DNA of 64,000 nt. It comes from Lama guanicoe (taxonomy: Eukaryota). The translations under genes and the position numbers were made by a program. The notes beneath the pieces are model-generated. The model was not told where the DNA came from, did no database searches, and saw only the letters and a program-made list of their open reading frames with translations. Within the stretch, counting starts at the first letter, position 1. Every line of letters begins with the position of its first letter. Below are positions 63,709 to 64,000 of the stretch, in pieces. The stretch is from contig MU054212.1 in the NCBI GenBank assembly GCA_013239625.1, forward strand, positions 5,988,270 through 6,052,269. The letters run 5' to 3'.

Positions 63709-64000
63709 CTAGGAAGAGAAAAGAGATAATTTCAAAGATCTTTCTCAGTTTATAACATAGTAAAGCATAATTCATTATTCGGACTTCTTCAGTCCAACTG
63801 GAAAATATTTCATAATTATAAACAATGTTTAAAGGAAAACATCTTTGCTTTCATCTCAAGGAAGCAAATCTCATTCAGTTCTTTAAAAGGATAAGATTAA
63901 ATTTTCTTGAAATACATGTTCATATGTGCATACATACTCATACATACGTATGACATTACAGGTAAACAGAAAGTTTGAAAAATTAGAACTCGGGAGCCAG

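Noticed and set aside
1..64000. A previously undescribed multi-gene biological system
   Set aside because: All credible coding sequence is explained by B4GALT6 and TRAPPC8. The remainder is repeats and putative regulatory DNA, with no unexplained gene, RNA gene or array that I can support.

Overview
Mammalian (eutherian) genomic DNA, most likely a camelid, judged from tRNA-Ala-derived Vic-1-type SINEs and the young L1 3' ends. It holds two minus-strand genes. (1) The 5' end of B4GALT6 (beta-1,4-galactosyltransferase 6 / lactosylceramide synthase): coding exon 1 at 11211-11325, its CpG-island promoter (~11.2-12.6 kb) and 11 kb of intron 1; exon 2 lies outside the window. (2) The last seven coding exons of TRAPPC8 (TRAPPIII subunit) at 52292-63708. 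All have GT-AG junctions and consistent phases, followed by a ~0.8 kb 3'UTR with tandem poly(A) signals. The ~39 kb between the genes is mostly repeats (SINE, L1, L2, MIR, MLT1/MLT2, hAT MERs, microsatellites). Repeat family names are recognised from memory of consensus sequences, not from a database search. Almost all ORFs in the supplied track are spurious. I found no evidence for a new multi-gene system. The most interesting small-scale observations are: a 59-bp TSD-flanked orphan retro-insertion (candidate 3' transduction), a Met-Glu-Val-stop uORF before the B4GALT6 start, a perfect 23-bp AT hairpin inside a SINE, CTCF motifs (one with the upstream ZF9-11 module) and a FOX:ETS enhancer-like cluster.
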